Positions 18,685 through 27,700 of a DNA stretch of 64,000 bases are shown here, one piece after another; position 1 is the stretch's first letter, and each line of letters starts with the position of its first letter. Source of the stretch: Candidatus Caenarcanales bacterium. Its GTDB lineage: Bacteria > Cyanobacteriota > Vampirovibrionia > Caenarcaniphilales > Caenarcanaceae. The notes below the pieces were generated by a model. That model had not been told where the DNA came from and searched no databases. It saw only the letters and a list, made by a program, of their open reading frames with translations. Location of the stretch: contig JASJDU010000002.1 in NCBI GenBank assembly GCA_030065015.1, positions 85,051 through 149,050 of the forward strand, read 5' to 3'. The position numbers were made by a program, and so were the translations under genes.

Positions 18685-20253
18685 TTACTGACTCATTTTT
18701 TCTAAATGTCTTATAAAACCTAAAACCCCAAAACCAGCAGGATTGTTCTTTGGAGTATAGTTGGTATCTTTTCTTTCAGGCCAGCAGACTCCAGCTATGT
18801 CCAAGTGAACCCAAGGAGTATCACCAACAAACTGTTTAATGAACATTGCTCCATTTTGTGAACCAGCTTGTCCTCCAGATCCAGCATTTAACATATCGGC
18901 TATTGTTCCTTTTAGAACTGCATCTTCATAGTCTTCATAGAGAGGTAACTGCCAAAGCTTCTCGCCAGAATCTGAAAAGGCTTGTTTAATCTGATCACCA
19001 AATGGTTGGTTATTGGTCATTAGTCCAGCCGCAGCTTCACCCAATGCTACGACAACCGCACCGGTTAAAGTTGCAATGTCAATTACTTGATCTGGTTTTT
19101 GTTTACAAGCGTAAAACACAGAATCTGCTAAAGTAACGCGGCCCTCGGCATCAGTGTTGTTGATTTCAATAGTTTTTCCACTCATAGAAGTGATTACATC
19201 TCCGGGTCTATAAGCAGAACCTCCAGGCATATTTTCACAAGCGGCAACCACGGCAGTAACTTCTACATTGGGTTGAATTTTAGAGATAACGCTCATTAAA
19301 CCAATAACGGATGCTGAGCCGGCCATATCATATTTCATTTTTTCCATTGCTTTGGATGGCTTGAGTGATAAGCCTCCAGAATCAAAAGTTACTCCTTTCC
19401 CAACTATTGCGATGTGTTTTTTTGCTTTACCTTTTGGTTTGTAGTGATAATGGATTAACTTTGGCTCACAGCAAGATCCACAGCCAACGGCCAAGAAAGC
19501 ACCCATCTTGAGTTTTTCACATTGAGCTTTCCCGAGTATCTTGACTGTTAAACCATTGTATTTTTGAGCTTTAACGGTTTTTTGTGCAACTTGTGCTAGA
19601 TAGGATGGATTAACAACGTTTGGTGGTTCAGCAATCAGTTCTCTTGCCGTGAGAACTCCTTCTGCACCAGCAATCCCTTTATTAACTTGCTCTTTTATTA
19701 AATTGAGTTTTTTTGCATCAATCTTTTTGTCTTTTGGAAGAATGAGGCTTATTTTTTGGATTCCTTTGAACTCATTTTTATCAGAACCATTTTTCGCGAA
19801 ATATTTATCAAACTTATATGGAGCAAGCAAGCAAACTTCTGTTATCGCTCTCGTAACATTGGCTGCATCTAATTTTGTATCCAAACCGAAGCTTAATATA
19901 CCTACGGTATCTGCTTTTAAAGCATCCGCTGATCTAATCGCATTAGCGGTAGCCTTTCTAATTTGCTCAATATCCTTTAAATCTGCGCGCTTTCCAAGAC
20001 CAATTATTAGAATCTTTCTTGCATTAGTTTTACCTAAAGTTCGAATAACTAGTTTACTGCCAAGCTTGGCGATGAATTTCTCTTCTTTGGCATATTCGGT
20101 TAATTCTTTGTTCAGTGCTTTATCTAAGTTTGCAAGGGTACCGTTTAACTTTACAGTTTTCCCTTTGCTGAATTCATCCTCGTAAGCACCAATGATTATT
20201 AAATTTACTTTTTCATTCTCTATGTTGGTTTGCTTAACTTCTAGTTTAGTCAT
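18685..20253 (-). CDS. pepA: Leucyl aminopeptidase (M17)
   Basis: GKGVTFDSGG, MKYDMAG, NTDAEGR, HLDIAG. Confidence 0.96.
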   Translation of the reverse strand: MTKLEVKQTNIENEKVNLIIIGAYEDEFSKGKTVKLNGTLANLDKALNKELTEYAKEEKFIAKLGSKLVIRTLGKTNARKILIIGLGKRADLKDIEQIRKATANAIRSADALKADTVGILSFGLDTKLDAANVTRAITEVCLLAPYKFDKYFAKNGSDKNEFKGIQKISLILPKDKKIDAKKLNLIKEQVNKGIAGAEGVLTARELIAEPPNVVNPSYLAQVAQKTVKAQKYNGLTVKILGKAQCEKLKMGAFLAVGCGSCCEPKLIHYHYKPKGKAKKHIAIVGKGVTFDSGGLSLKPSKAMEKMKYDMAGSASVIGLMSVISKIQPNVEVTAVVAACENMPGGSAYRPGDVITSMSGKTIEINNTDAEGRVTLADSVFYACKQKPDQVIDIATLTGAVVVALGEAAAGLMTNNQPFGDQIKQAFSDSGEKLWQLPLYEDYEDAVLKGTIADMLNAGSGGQAGSQNGAMFIKQFVGDTPWVHLDIAGVCWPERKDTNYTPKNNPAGFGVLGFIRHLEKMSQ

Positions 20254-20348
20254 TTATAGTTTTTCTCAACACGTTCTATTAATCGCCAATTATAAGTAGT
20301 GCCATCGAGAAAAGCTAGCTGTATAGCTAAACTTTATATTATTAAACG

Positions 20349-21158
20349 CTAGGATTTCATATCAAATACAATTATTTCCGCCTCTTTAGCATCTTGGAAA
20401 TTGAGCTTCTCAATGTTCTCAATAGCGAGTCCATCTCCAGCTTTCATTTGAATGCTATTTACAGTAACTTTCCCCTTTGCAAGGTGTATCCAGGCTTTTC
20501 TATCTTGTTTTAAGTTGTAACTTTGCTGTTGTCCATTATCTAAAATAGCCACGGACATATCCATATCTTGGTTTAAGGAAATTGAGCCATTTCTACCTTC
20601 CTCGGAAGCAACTAATTTGAACTTCCCTTTCTTCTCTTCAGTCGAAAAGTTCCTCTGTTCATACCCTGGCTTTAATCCAATTTGATTTGGCAAAAACCAA
20701 ATTTGTAAAAAATGAACATCTTCTTTTTCTGAAGGATTGAATTCACTGTGAGTCACTCCGGTTCCAGCACTCATTCTTTGGACATCTCCCGGTCTAATAA
20801 TTGAACCATTACCCATTGAGTCTTTGTGTTCCAATGCTCCTTCAAGAACATAGGAGATAATTTCCATATCCTTGTGAGGGTGAGTGCCAAATCCCTTGCC
20901 TGGCTTCACTTTATCTTCATTAATGACCCTTAAAGTCCCGAAGCCCATATGTTCTGGATCGTAATAATGCCCAAAAGAAAATGTATGCATACTCTGTAAC
21001 CACCCAAAATCCGATGGACCTCGTTCTTCTGCTTTTCTTAGTTTTAACATCGGCATGCTCCCTGAATTTTGAGTGTTAAAGGTTTTTGCTGATAAAGATT
21101 TTGCCACTGACAGTCCGAGCAAAGTTCCTAAGAACTTCAAAAAGCTTCTTTTTGTCAT
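20349..21158 (-). CDS. Pirin family protein with a Tat-like leader
   Basis: HTFSFG, HPHKDMEI, MSAGTGVTHSE, LQIW; N-terminal KRSFLK. Confidence 0.92.
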   Translation of the reverse strand: MTKRSFLKFLGTLLGLSVAKSLSAKTFNTQNSGSMPMLKLRKAEERGPSDFGWLQSMHTFSFGHYYDPEHMGFGTLRVINEDKVKPGKGFGTHPHKDMEIISYVLEGALEHKDSMGNGSIIRPGDVQRMSAGTGVTHSEFNPSEKEDVHFLQIWFLPNQIGLKPGYEQRNFSTEEKKGKFKLVASEEGRNGSISLNQDMDMSVAILDNGQQQSYNLKQDRKAWIHLAKGKVTVNSIQMKAGDGLAIENIEKLNFQDAKEAEIIVFDMKS

Positions 21159-21288
21159 AAATATTTCTTACCTTCATCAAAATATACATTTATTAAGGAT
21201 AGGCAAATTTTAATGAAATGCTTTGAGATTAACTATTCAAAATGGTAGATAAGCTTCGACAATTTGAGAATTCAAGAAGTTGTTTTTG

Positions 21289-21380
21289 TGTAATTAAAAG
21301 TTTCGTTAATTATATTTTGGCTGCTCATATGTAATTAAGATTATTTATAATTACGTTTGGTGCTTCAATTTGTAATTAAG
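21289..21380. repeat. 41-bp-period degenerate repeat with internal dyad
   Basis: TGTAATTAA at 21289, 21330 and 21371; first two units contain an inverted TAATTA half-site. Confidence 0.7.
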
Positions 21381-21742
21381 AGAAGAACATTCTTTCGAGT
21401 TTTGAAGAAGTACAAGAATTTACAATTCAAAATTTTAAAGAATTCAAAGCAAAGAACTCAGGAAATGAAAAAACATTTCAAACCTTGGGATTGTACTAAT
21501 TCGAACATTTGGCATATTCTATATAATCTAAGAATTGAGGCTCTTGTTTGGTTTAAACAATGTTTGGTTTTTTAGTTGCTTGACCGCTAGATCTAATATA
21601 TTGAGAAGCTTTTTTTAATTGAAAACCATGATGGAGATATAAGATTTTAAAGTGAGACATTATTTAAACCAAGATTCATACAAATGTTTTTCTCCTTCAA
21701 TAAAGGAGATGGAGCAGCGAAGTTGCGGAAGAGTATCCAAAA

Positions 21743-21819
21743 TGGTGGGCGATCCTGGACTCGAACCAGGGACCTCAGCTTTATCAGAGCTGCGCTCTAG
21801 CCACCTGAGCTAATCGCCC
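21743..21819 (-). tRNA. tRNA-Ile(GAT)
   Basis: GGGCGATTAGCTCAG..CAGCT-CTGATAA-AGCTG..GGTTCGAGTCC..TCGCCCACCA. Confidence 0.96.
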
Positions 21820-21938
21820 TTAACTTTAGTAAGAGGGCTAAATTATAACATTCAGAAATTTAAGCTTCCAGTTTTTTGAATAAATTCGTTAAAATTCTGT
21901 GGTTACCTTTTATTTAATGTCTCATTAAGGAGTTATAG

Positions 21939-22166
21939 ATGTCAGATTCTTCCGTTGCTTTAGGTGCTGGTTTAGCGGCTTTAGGAGTTCTTGGTCCTGC
22001 ACTCGGAGTAGGTTTAGCAGCTTTTAAGTCATTAGAAGGAATGGCTCGTCAGCCAGAAATTGCAAATAAACTTTTTATTAATGGATTGATTTTCGCTGCT
22101 CTTTGCGAAGGGTTAGGTCTTTTTGCTTGGATTATCAGTCTTCTTTTAACCTTTAAGGTTGCTTAA
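21939..22166 (+). CDS. atpE: ATP synthase F0 subunit c
   Basis: ARQPE loop, conserved Glu (LCEGL), AGGAG RBS. Confidence 0.95.
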   Translation: MSDSSVALGAGLAALGVLGPALGVGLAAFKSLEGMARQPEIANKLFINGLIFAALCEGLGLFAWIISLLLTFKVA

Positions 22167-22198
22167 TTTTAATAAACTCAGATTAATTTCATTGAATA

Positions 22199-22648
22199 AT
22201 GCTTGAGCTTAACTTTACCTGTGTAATTTTTATAATTAGTTTTTTGGTCTTCGTTTATTTCTTGGATCAGACCCTTTGGAAGCCGATCCGCAAAATAAAG
22301 GAAGAAAGAGACTCGGACTTAATTGGCGAAAAAGAAAAAGCTAAAGAAGCCGAAGAGAAAACCAAATCGATTATTGAGAAGGTCAATTCTGAAATAGAAG
22401 CAATTAAAAAGTCAGAACGAGAGCTAATTGATAGTCTTTTTAAAAGCTTTAACGATGAGAAAGAGCAAGAAGAGTTAAAAATCAAGCAAGAACTTGAAAT
22501 AAAGAAACAAAAAGCTTTTGAGGAAATTGAAGTTGAAAGAGAGGGGCTTTTAAAATCGATCAATCAAGAGTCTGCTGACCTTGCGAATGTGATAGTTGGC
22601 AAATTAGCTCCAGAAGTTAATCTCTCGGGTGGGGTGAGTGCGAAATGA
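22199..22648 (+). CDS. ATP synthase F0 subunit b'
   Basis: N-terminal TM, LWKPI..I.EER, coiled coil; lies between c and b. Confidence 0.85.
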   Translation: MLELNFTCVIFIISFLVFVYFLDQTLWKPIRKIKEERDSDLIGEKEKAKEAEEKTKSIIEKVNSEIEAIKKSERELIDSLFKSFNDEKEQEELKIKQELEIKKQKAFEEIEVEREGLLKSINQESADLANVIVGKLAPEVNLSGGVSAK

Positions 22649-23169
22649 GTGAGCATCATAATCCTTCTTTTTGGCAAATTTTGCTTGAATCCAATTTTTT
22701 GAACTTTGCAGTTTTTGCGGGTTTTATTTATTGGTTTTTTACGGCTAAGCTTCCAATAATTGTTAAGCAAAAGAATAATGATATAGAATCCGAGCTTAGG
22801 CAATCCATTGAACGTTGTAGGCTTGCAGAGGAACAGCTGGCTTTTGCAGAAAAAGAACTTTCTGTTTTTAGATCAAATGCTGAAAAGATGAAACAAGATA
22901 GTCAAAGCCGTATTCAATCTTTGAAGCAAGAGCTTGAAAATGACAAACAAGAAGCCGTAAAAAAACTTCAAAATAGATATGAGAAGGAAATTATTGACTT
23001 GAAAGCAACTATGAAAAAACAGTTTGAGCAACAAATAAGCTTGAAGTCAATGGAGATAGCTGAGAAAATTCTTAAAGAACAATCAGACTATACGCAATTG
23101 AATAAAGCAGCTTTAGAAGAGACAATTGATACTATTGAAAAGAATCCGAATCTTTTGAAGGTTAACTAA
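22645..23169 (+). CDS. atpF: ATP synthase F0 subunit b
   Basis: LESNFLNFA TM plus coiled coil; operon position. Confidence 0.85.
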   Translation: MSEHHNPSFWQILLESNFLNFAVFAGFIYWFFTAKLPIIVKQKNNDIESELRQSIERCRLAEEQLAFAEKELSVFRSNAEKMKQDSQSRIQSLKQELENDKQEAVKKLQNRYEKEIIDLKATMKKQFEQQISLKSMEIAEKILKEQSDYTQLNKAALEETIDTIEKNPNLLKVN

Positions 23170-23171
23170 AA

Positions 23172-23723
23172 ATGTCCAGAGATTATCCGATGATTCAAGC
23201 ATATGCGAAGGCTTGTTACGAGCTCCTTAAGCAGCAAACCTCTGACTTCCAAGAGTTTGTCGGAATATTTAAACAAATTTATGAGATTGGACAAACTGAT
23301 TCGCAGGTGAAAAGGCTTTTAAAAGAACCTTTTGTGTCTGCTGCCTTTAAAATTGACTTGGTTTATAAGCTTTGTCCAAGATTATCTGAAAATGAAGTTC
23401 TTCGCAAATTAGTTTGTTTGCTTGCCGATAAAAAGAAGCTTTTTTTAATTCTTGAACTGGGCCCAACTTTTGAAAAGATTATTAACCAGGAATCCAACTT
23501 AGTTGATATTGAACTAATTGCAACTACGAAGTTACCTGTTGAACAAGTTGAGAAAGTAAAATCCTCTTTGGAGAAAAGCTTGAATCAATCTGTGAAAATA
23601 AGAGAATCAATCGATCAAAACTTAATAGCAGGATTGGTTATTAAAACCAATGAGTATGTATTAGATAATTCTTTAAAAGGCCGCCTCAATAAAATGAAGC
23701 AAATCTTGATTAATAATAATTGA
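23172..23723 (+). CDS. atpH: ATP synthase F1 subunit delta
   Basis: YAKA, IDQNLIAGLVI..LDNSLKGRL. Confidence 0.9.
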   Translation: MSRDYPMIQAYAKACYELLKQQTSDFQEFVGIFKQIYEIGQTDSQVKRLLKEPFVSAAFKIDLVYKLCPRLSENEVLRKLVCLLADKKKLFLILELGPTFEKIINQESNLVDIELIATTKLPVEQVEKVKSSLEKSLNQSVKIRESIDQNLIAGLVIKTNEYVLDNSLKGRLNKMKQILINNN

Positions 23724-23771
23724 TAACATTTTGCAATTAGTCATACTTTCTATTGTCTGGATATTAAGCTA

Positions 23772-24278
23772 GTGTCTATAGAGCAAGGCCTTTTGAGTTT
23801 ACTCATATTTTGTTTATTCTTCGCTATCGTAAAATATTTTTTACTCAAATCGAAAATTGAAAGTAAAGCCAAAGATTCTTTTGATAAATGGCGTGATTTG
23901 GAGTTGACAAGGCTGAAGAACGAATTGAAAGAGCAGATGCTTAAAGAAGCAGCGATTATTTCTCAAACTTGGCAAAAAGAAAAAGAGGCTGAAATTAGAA
24001 AGGATGCTGTTTCGAGAAGTAAAGATGTTATTAAAGGCCAGGTCACAGAACACTTATTGCCTTATTTTGAAAAATTTCCTTATAATCCCAGAGATGTACG
24101 TTTTTTCGGTTCTCCAATAGATTTGGTAGTTTTTGATGGCTTGAGTGAAGGGTTATTAAAACAAATTATTTTTATAGAAATTAAAGCCGGGAAGTTTGCA
24201 AATTTAACCGATCGAGAAAAACAAGTGCAAACGTGTATTGATTTAAAACGGTTAAAATATGAGATTATTCGAGTTTAG
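23772..24278 (+). CDS. Membrane-anchored Holliday-junction-resolvase-like endonuclease (Endonuc_Holl)
   Basis: N-terminal TM; RKDAV.RS..V.KGQVTEHL.P, RFFGSPIDLVVFDG, FIEIK. Confidence 0.85.
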   Translation: MSIEQGLLSLLIFCLFFAIVKYFLLKSKIESKAKDSFDKWRDLELTRLKNELKEQMLKEAAIISQTWQKEKEAEIRKDAVSRSKDVIKGQVTEHLLPYFEKFPYNPRDVRFFGSPIDLVVFDGLSEGLLKQIIFIEIKAGKFANLTDREKQVQTCIDLKRLKYEIIRV

Positions 24279-24345
24279 AAAATACTTTTATGAAGATTGG
24301 AAATTTGATATTTCCACAAAGGTTCCATTTGAAGATTAATAAAAA

Positions 24346-25719
24346 ATGAATGCAAAAGAACAAATTTTTCAGGAGATTAAAACTTTAAGAGTTGAAAAGA
24401 ATGTTTATGGAGGATATGGGCTCTCTCACCTGAGAATTAGTAAAGGAGGACAAGAAATTGTAAGACCGGTTTTTGTTCCCAATGTTATTGAAAATGAACT
24501 GGTTGAGGTTCAAATTAAAGGGAAGAAGAAAAAAGTTCTTTGGGCTGAATTGCTTGACGTAATTGAGGAGGATCAATCTCAGAGGATAAAAGCAAAGTGC
24601 CAACATTCCTTAGCTTGTGGTGGTTGCTCGTATCAACATATAAGTTATGAGAATCAGTTGAAAATTAAAGAGGATATTCTTCGGGAGATTTATCAAGGTG
24701 AGTTAGAGCTAGGTTCAACTATTTCGTCTCCAAATAGATTCAATTATCGTAATAAGTGTGAATTTTCTTTTGGTCAAGAAGAAAGTGGGGAATTGCAATT
24801 GGGGCTTCACCCGCCCGGTAAGTTCTTTGAAGTGATGGATTTGCAGGAGTGCTTTTTATTACCTCAAAAAATGTGGAATGTTCTTCAGAAAATTAAAAAA
24901 TTAGCCAATAATAGTGGATTGGGAGCTTTCAAAGATCTGAAAAAAATTGGTTTTTGGTCAACCATTACAGTTCGCTATAGTAGCTCCAATGATGGAATGC
25001 TCTTAATCTTTAAGGTTGCCAACCCAGAGGAATTAAAGCTTAAAGAAATAAGTACTCAATTGGTTAGAGAGTTCCCCCAGGTTCTAGGAGTTCTAGCCTT
25101 GCCAGCGCCAAGAGGTGAATTGGTTCAGATTGCCGGAATTAATACTATTAGTCAGCGTATAAATAATGTTGAGCTCGTTTATCAAGCGGAAAATTTTTTT
25201 CAAATTAATACTTTTATTTTGCCTCTTTTGATGGAAAGGGTTGTGCATTTTGTTAGACAAGCCAATATAGATATTGTTTATGACTTGTTTGGAGGAGTAG
25301 GGACTTTGGGTATTTATATTGCAAAGCAATTGCCTCATATTCAGAAAGTTATTGGTGCAGAATCGGATGAAAAAGCCTGTAAAATGGCTAGTTTTAATGC
25401 TGAATTGAATTCTCTTGATAACTATGAAAGTAATTTTCTCAATTTGTATAAGCGTGGTTGGGGTAAAGCTTTAAAGCAAGAAAAGAAAAAAGCCTGTGCG
25501 ATCATTGATCCACCGAGAGCTGGAATGAGCCAGAAATCAATTAAGGATATTGGTGAACTTAATCCTCAGTCGATTGTGTATGTTAGTTGTAACCCGGTTA
25601 CTCAAAAACGTGATATTGATTTACTTTCTGATTTTGGATATAGAATTCAAAGTTTACAGTTGATCGATATGTTTCCTCAAACCTATCACTTAGAGTCCAT
25701 TGCTTTTCTTGAAAAATAA
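24346..25719 (+). CDS. rlmD: 23S rRNA (uracil-1939-C5)-methyltransferase RlmD/TrmA family
   Basis: TRAM domain, C..CGGC, YRNK, FFQIN, IDPPRAG, YVSCNP, DMFPQT.HLE. Confidence 0.92.
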   Translation: MNAKEQIFQEIKTLRVEKNVYGGYGLSHLRISKGGQEIVRPVFVPNVIENELVEVQIKGKKKKVLWAELLDVIEEDQSQRIKAKCQHSLACGGCSYQHISYENQLKIKEDILREIYQGELELGSTISSPNRFNYRNKCEFSFGQEESGELQLGLHPPGKFFEVMDLQECFLLPQKMWNVLQKIKKLANNSGLGAFKDLKKIGFWSTITVRYSSSNDGMLLIFKVANPEELKLKEISTQLVREFPQVLGVLALPAPRGELVQIAGINTISQRINNVELVYQAENFFQINTFILPLLMERVVHFVRQANIDIVYDLFGGVGTLGIYIAKQLPHIQKVIGAESDEKACKMASFNAELNSLDNYESNFLNLYKRGWGKALKQEKKKACAIIDPPRAGMSQKSIKDIGELNPQSIVYVSCNPVTQKRDIDLLSDFGYRIQSLQLIDMFPQTYHLESIAFLEK

Positions 25720-26358
25720 TTAGTAGGAAACCGTTCCTTCTTTCTTATTTCCAGGTTTTGATGTTGATAGCACAACATGAGCTCCGTTTTTGCATTGGAA
25801 CTCCATGCCTGAATGTCCCGACAATGCATCTTTGCTGAAATCTACCTTTTTTACCATTGAGTCTGGATTTTGAAAGTTGATTGTTTCCTCTTGACCTCTT
25901 AAAAGAAATATATCTTTTTGATTGCGATTTTCTTTGATTTGAGCGATGAATTGATCGTCTTTGGTTGCTGAACAGATCTCATTTTCTTTAGGCGTAAAGA
26001 TCGATCTTAGTAGCCTATAATATTTTTTTCCTTCAACTTCTTTTGTCTGAACTGGAGAATCAACATTGGCTATTCTCCCATAATCACCTTCTTCTAGGCC
26101 TGACGCATAGAAGTATTTATTTGTACAATGTGCGACTGTCAACCCATCTTCATTTGTTGAGCAACCCCTCCCGGATTTATTGCTTTCGTACCAAACACCT
26201 TCTAAAGGTGTCCAACCTCTGGGTGGTGGAGTGTTGTTAAGAATATTCAGCAGCTTTGGGTTTATAACTGTATCACCATGATGTGGGTTCTTAAATATTG
26301 AACGACTTCCGTATCTTAGGAGATTTATTAAGGTTTTTTGTTCGATTGAAGGAGGCAT
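25720..26358 (-). CDS. Divergent trypsin-like serine protease (paralog 1)
   Basis: LTVAHC (H77), GDYGRI (D92), GHSG (S183). Confidence 0.6.
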   Translation of the reverse strand: MPPSIEQKTLINLLRYGSRSIFKNPHHGDTVINPKLLNILNNTPPPRGWTPLEGVWYESNKSGRGCSTNEDGLTVAHCTNKYFYASGLEEGDYGRIANVDSPVQTKEVEGKKYYRLLRSIFTPKENEICSATKDDQFIAQIKENRNQKDIFLLRGQEETINFQNPDSMVKKVDFSKDALSGHSGMEFQCKNGAHVVLSTSKPGNKKEGTVSY

Positions 26359-26377
26359 ATTAAATAAAAATTAACAG

Positions 26378-27025
26378 TTAGTAGGAAACGGTTCCATACT
26401 TTTTGTTATTAACATTAGAAGTTGACACTACAACTCTCGCTCCAGAGTGGCACTTGAATTCGGTTCCTGATGTTCCATTGTGTACTTTTCGGTTATAGTC
26501 TCCTACTCTTACCATTGAATCTGGACTTGCGGTGTTTATAGTGAGCATTTGATTTCCAGTGTCAGAAGAGAATGTGTCTCTTTGTAAATCTTCTAGCCTA
26601 AGTTGAGTCCGTAAACCACTTCCATTAGTGGCACGGCAGATTTCACCATGCTTGGGAACTACTTTGGAGGTTAAAAGCCTATAGTAATGCTTATTTCCTA
26701 TCTTTCTTATTTGTACAGGACTATCAACATTGTGTACTCTTTTGTAATCATTATTTTCAACTCCAGAAATGAAAAAACTTCTTTTTGCACAATGAGCAAC
26801 TGTTACGCCATCTTTTGTTACTTGACATCCAGAACCTGATTTATTGGCACTATACCATTTACTGTTCTCTAATAATTTCCATCCTTGGGGGACTGGGGTT
26901 GAATTGAGTTTACTTAAAATATTTTGGTCATTAATGGGTTCACCATGGCTTGGATTCCCAAATATTTGTCGATTACCAACTATTCCTATATTTTGATTGA
27001 GTCTCTCTTGAACCGATGGAGGCAT
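26378..27025 (-). CDS. Divergent trypsin-like serine protease (paralog 2)
   Basis: VTVAHC (H78), NDYKRV (D93), GTSG (S186); colinear with paralog 1. Confidence 0.6.
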   Translation of the reverse strand: MPPSVQERLNQNIGIVGNRQIFGNPSHGEPINDQNILSKLNSTPVPQGWKLLENSKWYSANKSGSGCQVTKDGVTVAHCAKRSFFISGVENNDYKRVHNVDSPVQIRKIGNKHYYRLLTSKVVPKHGEICRATNGSGLRTQLRLEDLQRDTFSSDTGNQMLTINTASPDSMVRVGDYNRKVHNGTSGTEFKCHSGARVVVSTSNVNNKKYGTVSY

Positions 27026-27258
27026 ATCCCGCGTGAAAGTTGATTGTATTGTTAATTTTATTTTAGGCCCGTATTGTTAATAAATTGTTGTGCAAACTAT
27101 GTAAAAGTTGGGATTTAACTCTTTATTAATTCGAGCGTGCTAGATAAAGAATTTCTTTTCTGAACCTGCTCATTAAATTATTGTTTTTAATTAGAAGCTT
27201 ATTTCTGTTGGCATAGTAAACTTAAAAAGCTAAATAAATATATCCCTGAGAAAGACTT

Positions 27259-27693
27259 ATGAAAGCCTTAAATACTCAAAAAACTGTACAAATACTAAAT
27301 TCAATTCTTGAATATGAGCTTGCTGGTGTGGTTCGTTACACTCACTATTCCTTGATGGTTGTGGGGCCAAACCGTATTCCTATCGTTGAGTTTTTGCGTG
27401 GCCAAGCTACTGAATCGTTAACTCATGCACAACAAGTTGGTGAGATACTTACCGGCTTGGAAGGACATCCGAGTTTAAAAATAAGCCCCCTTGAAGAGAC
27501 ACATAACCACTCAATTAAACATATTCTTACTGAGAGCTTAGCTCACGAAGAAAAAGCCTTAGTTTACTACAAAAAGCTTTTGGATGAAGTGGAGGGAGCA
27601 AGTGTGTATTTAGAAGAATTCTCTCGCTCAATGATTTCTCAAGAGGAGGCGGGGAGTATTGAAATAAAGAAGATGTTGAGAGATTTTGGTTGA
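27259..27693 (+). CDS. Bacterioferritin/ferritin-like protein
   Basis: LN.ILEYELAGVVRY.HY, ESLTHA, QEE di-iron motifs. Confidence 0.88.
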   Translation: MKALNTQKTVQILNSILEYELAGVVRYTHYSLMVVGPNRIPIVEFLRGQATESLTHAQQVGEILTGLEGHPSLKISPLEETHNHSIKHILTESLAHEEKALVYYKKLLDEVEGASVYLEEFSRSMISQEEAGSIEIKKMLRDFG

Positions 27694-27700
27694 GATTCTA

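Noticed and set aside
21289-21380. CRISPR array
   Set aside because: Only about 9 bp are conserved, the period is too short, and there are no cas genes. No CRISPR was seen anywhere in the window.
21357-21575. 72-aa ORF
   Set aside because: Weak start, overlaps the repeat array, and has no recognisable motif.
21939-22166. Na+-translocating ATP synthase
   Set aside because: The c subunit lacks the Gln and Glu-Ser/Thr Na+ signature (GPALGVG, CEGL), so it looks H+-type.
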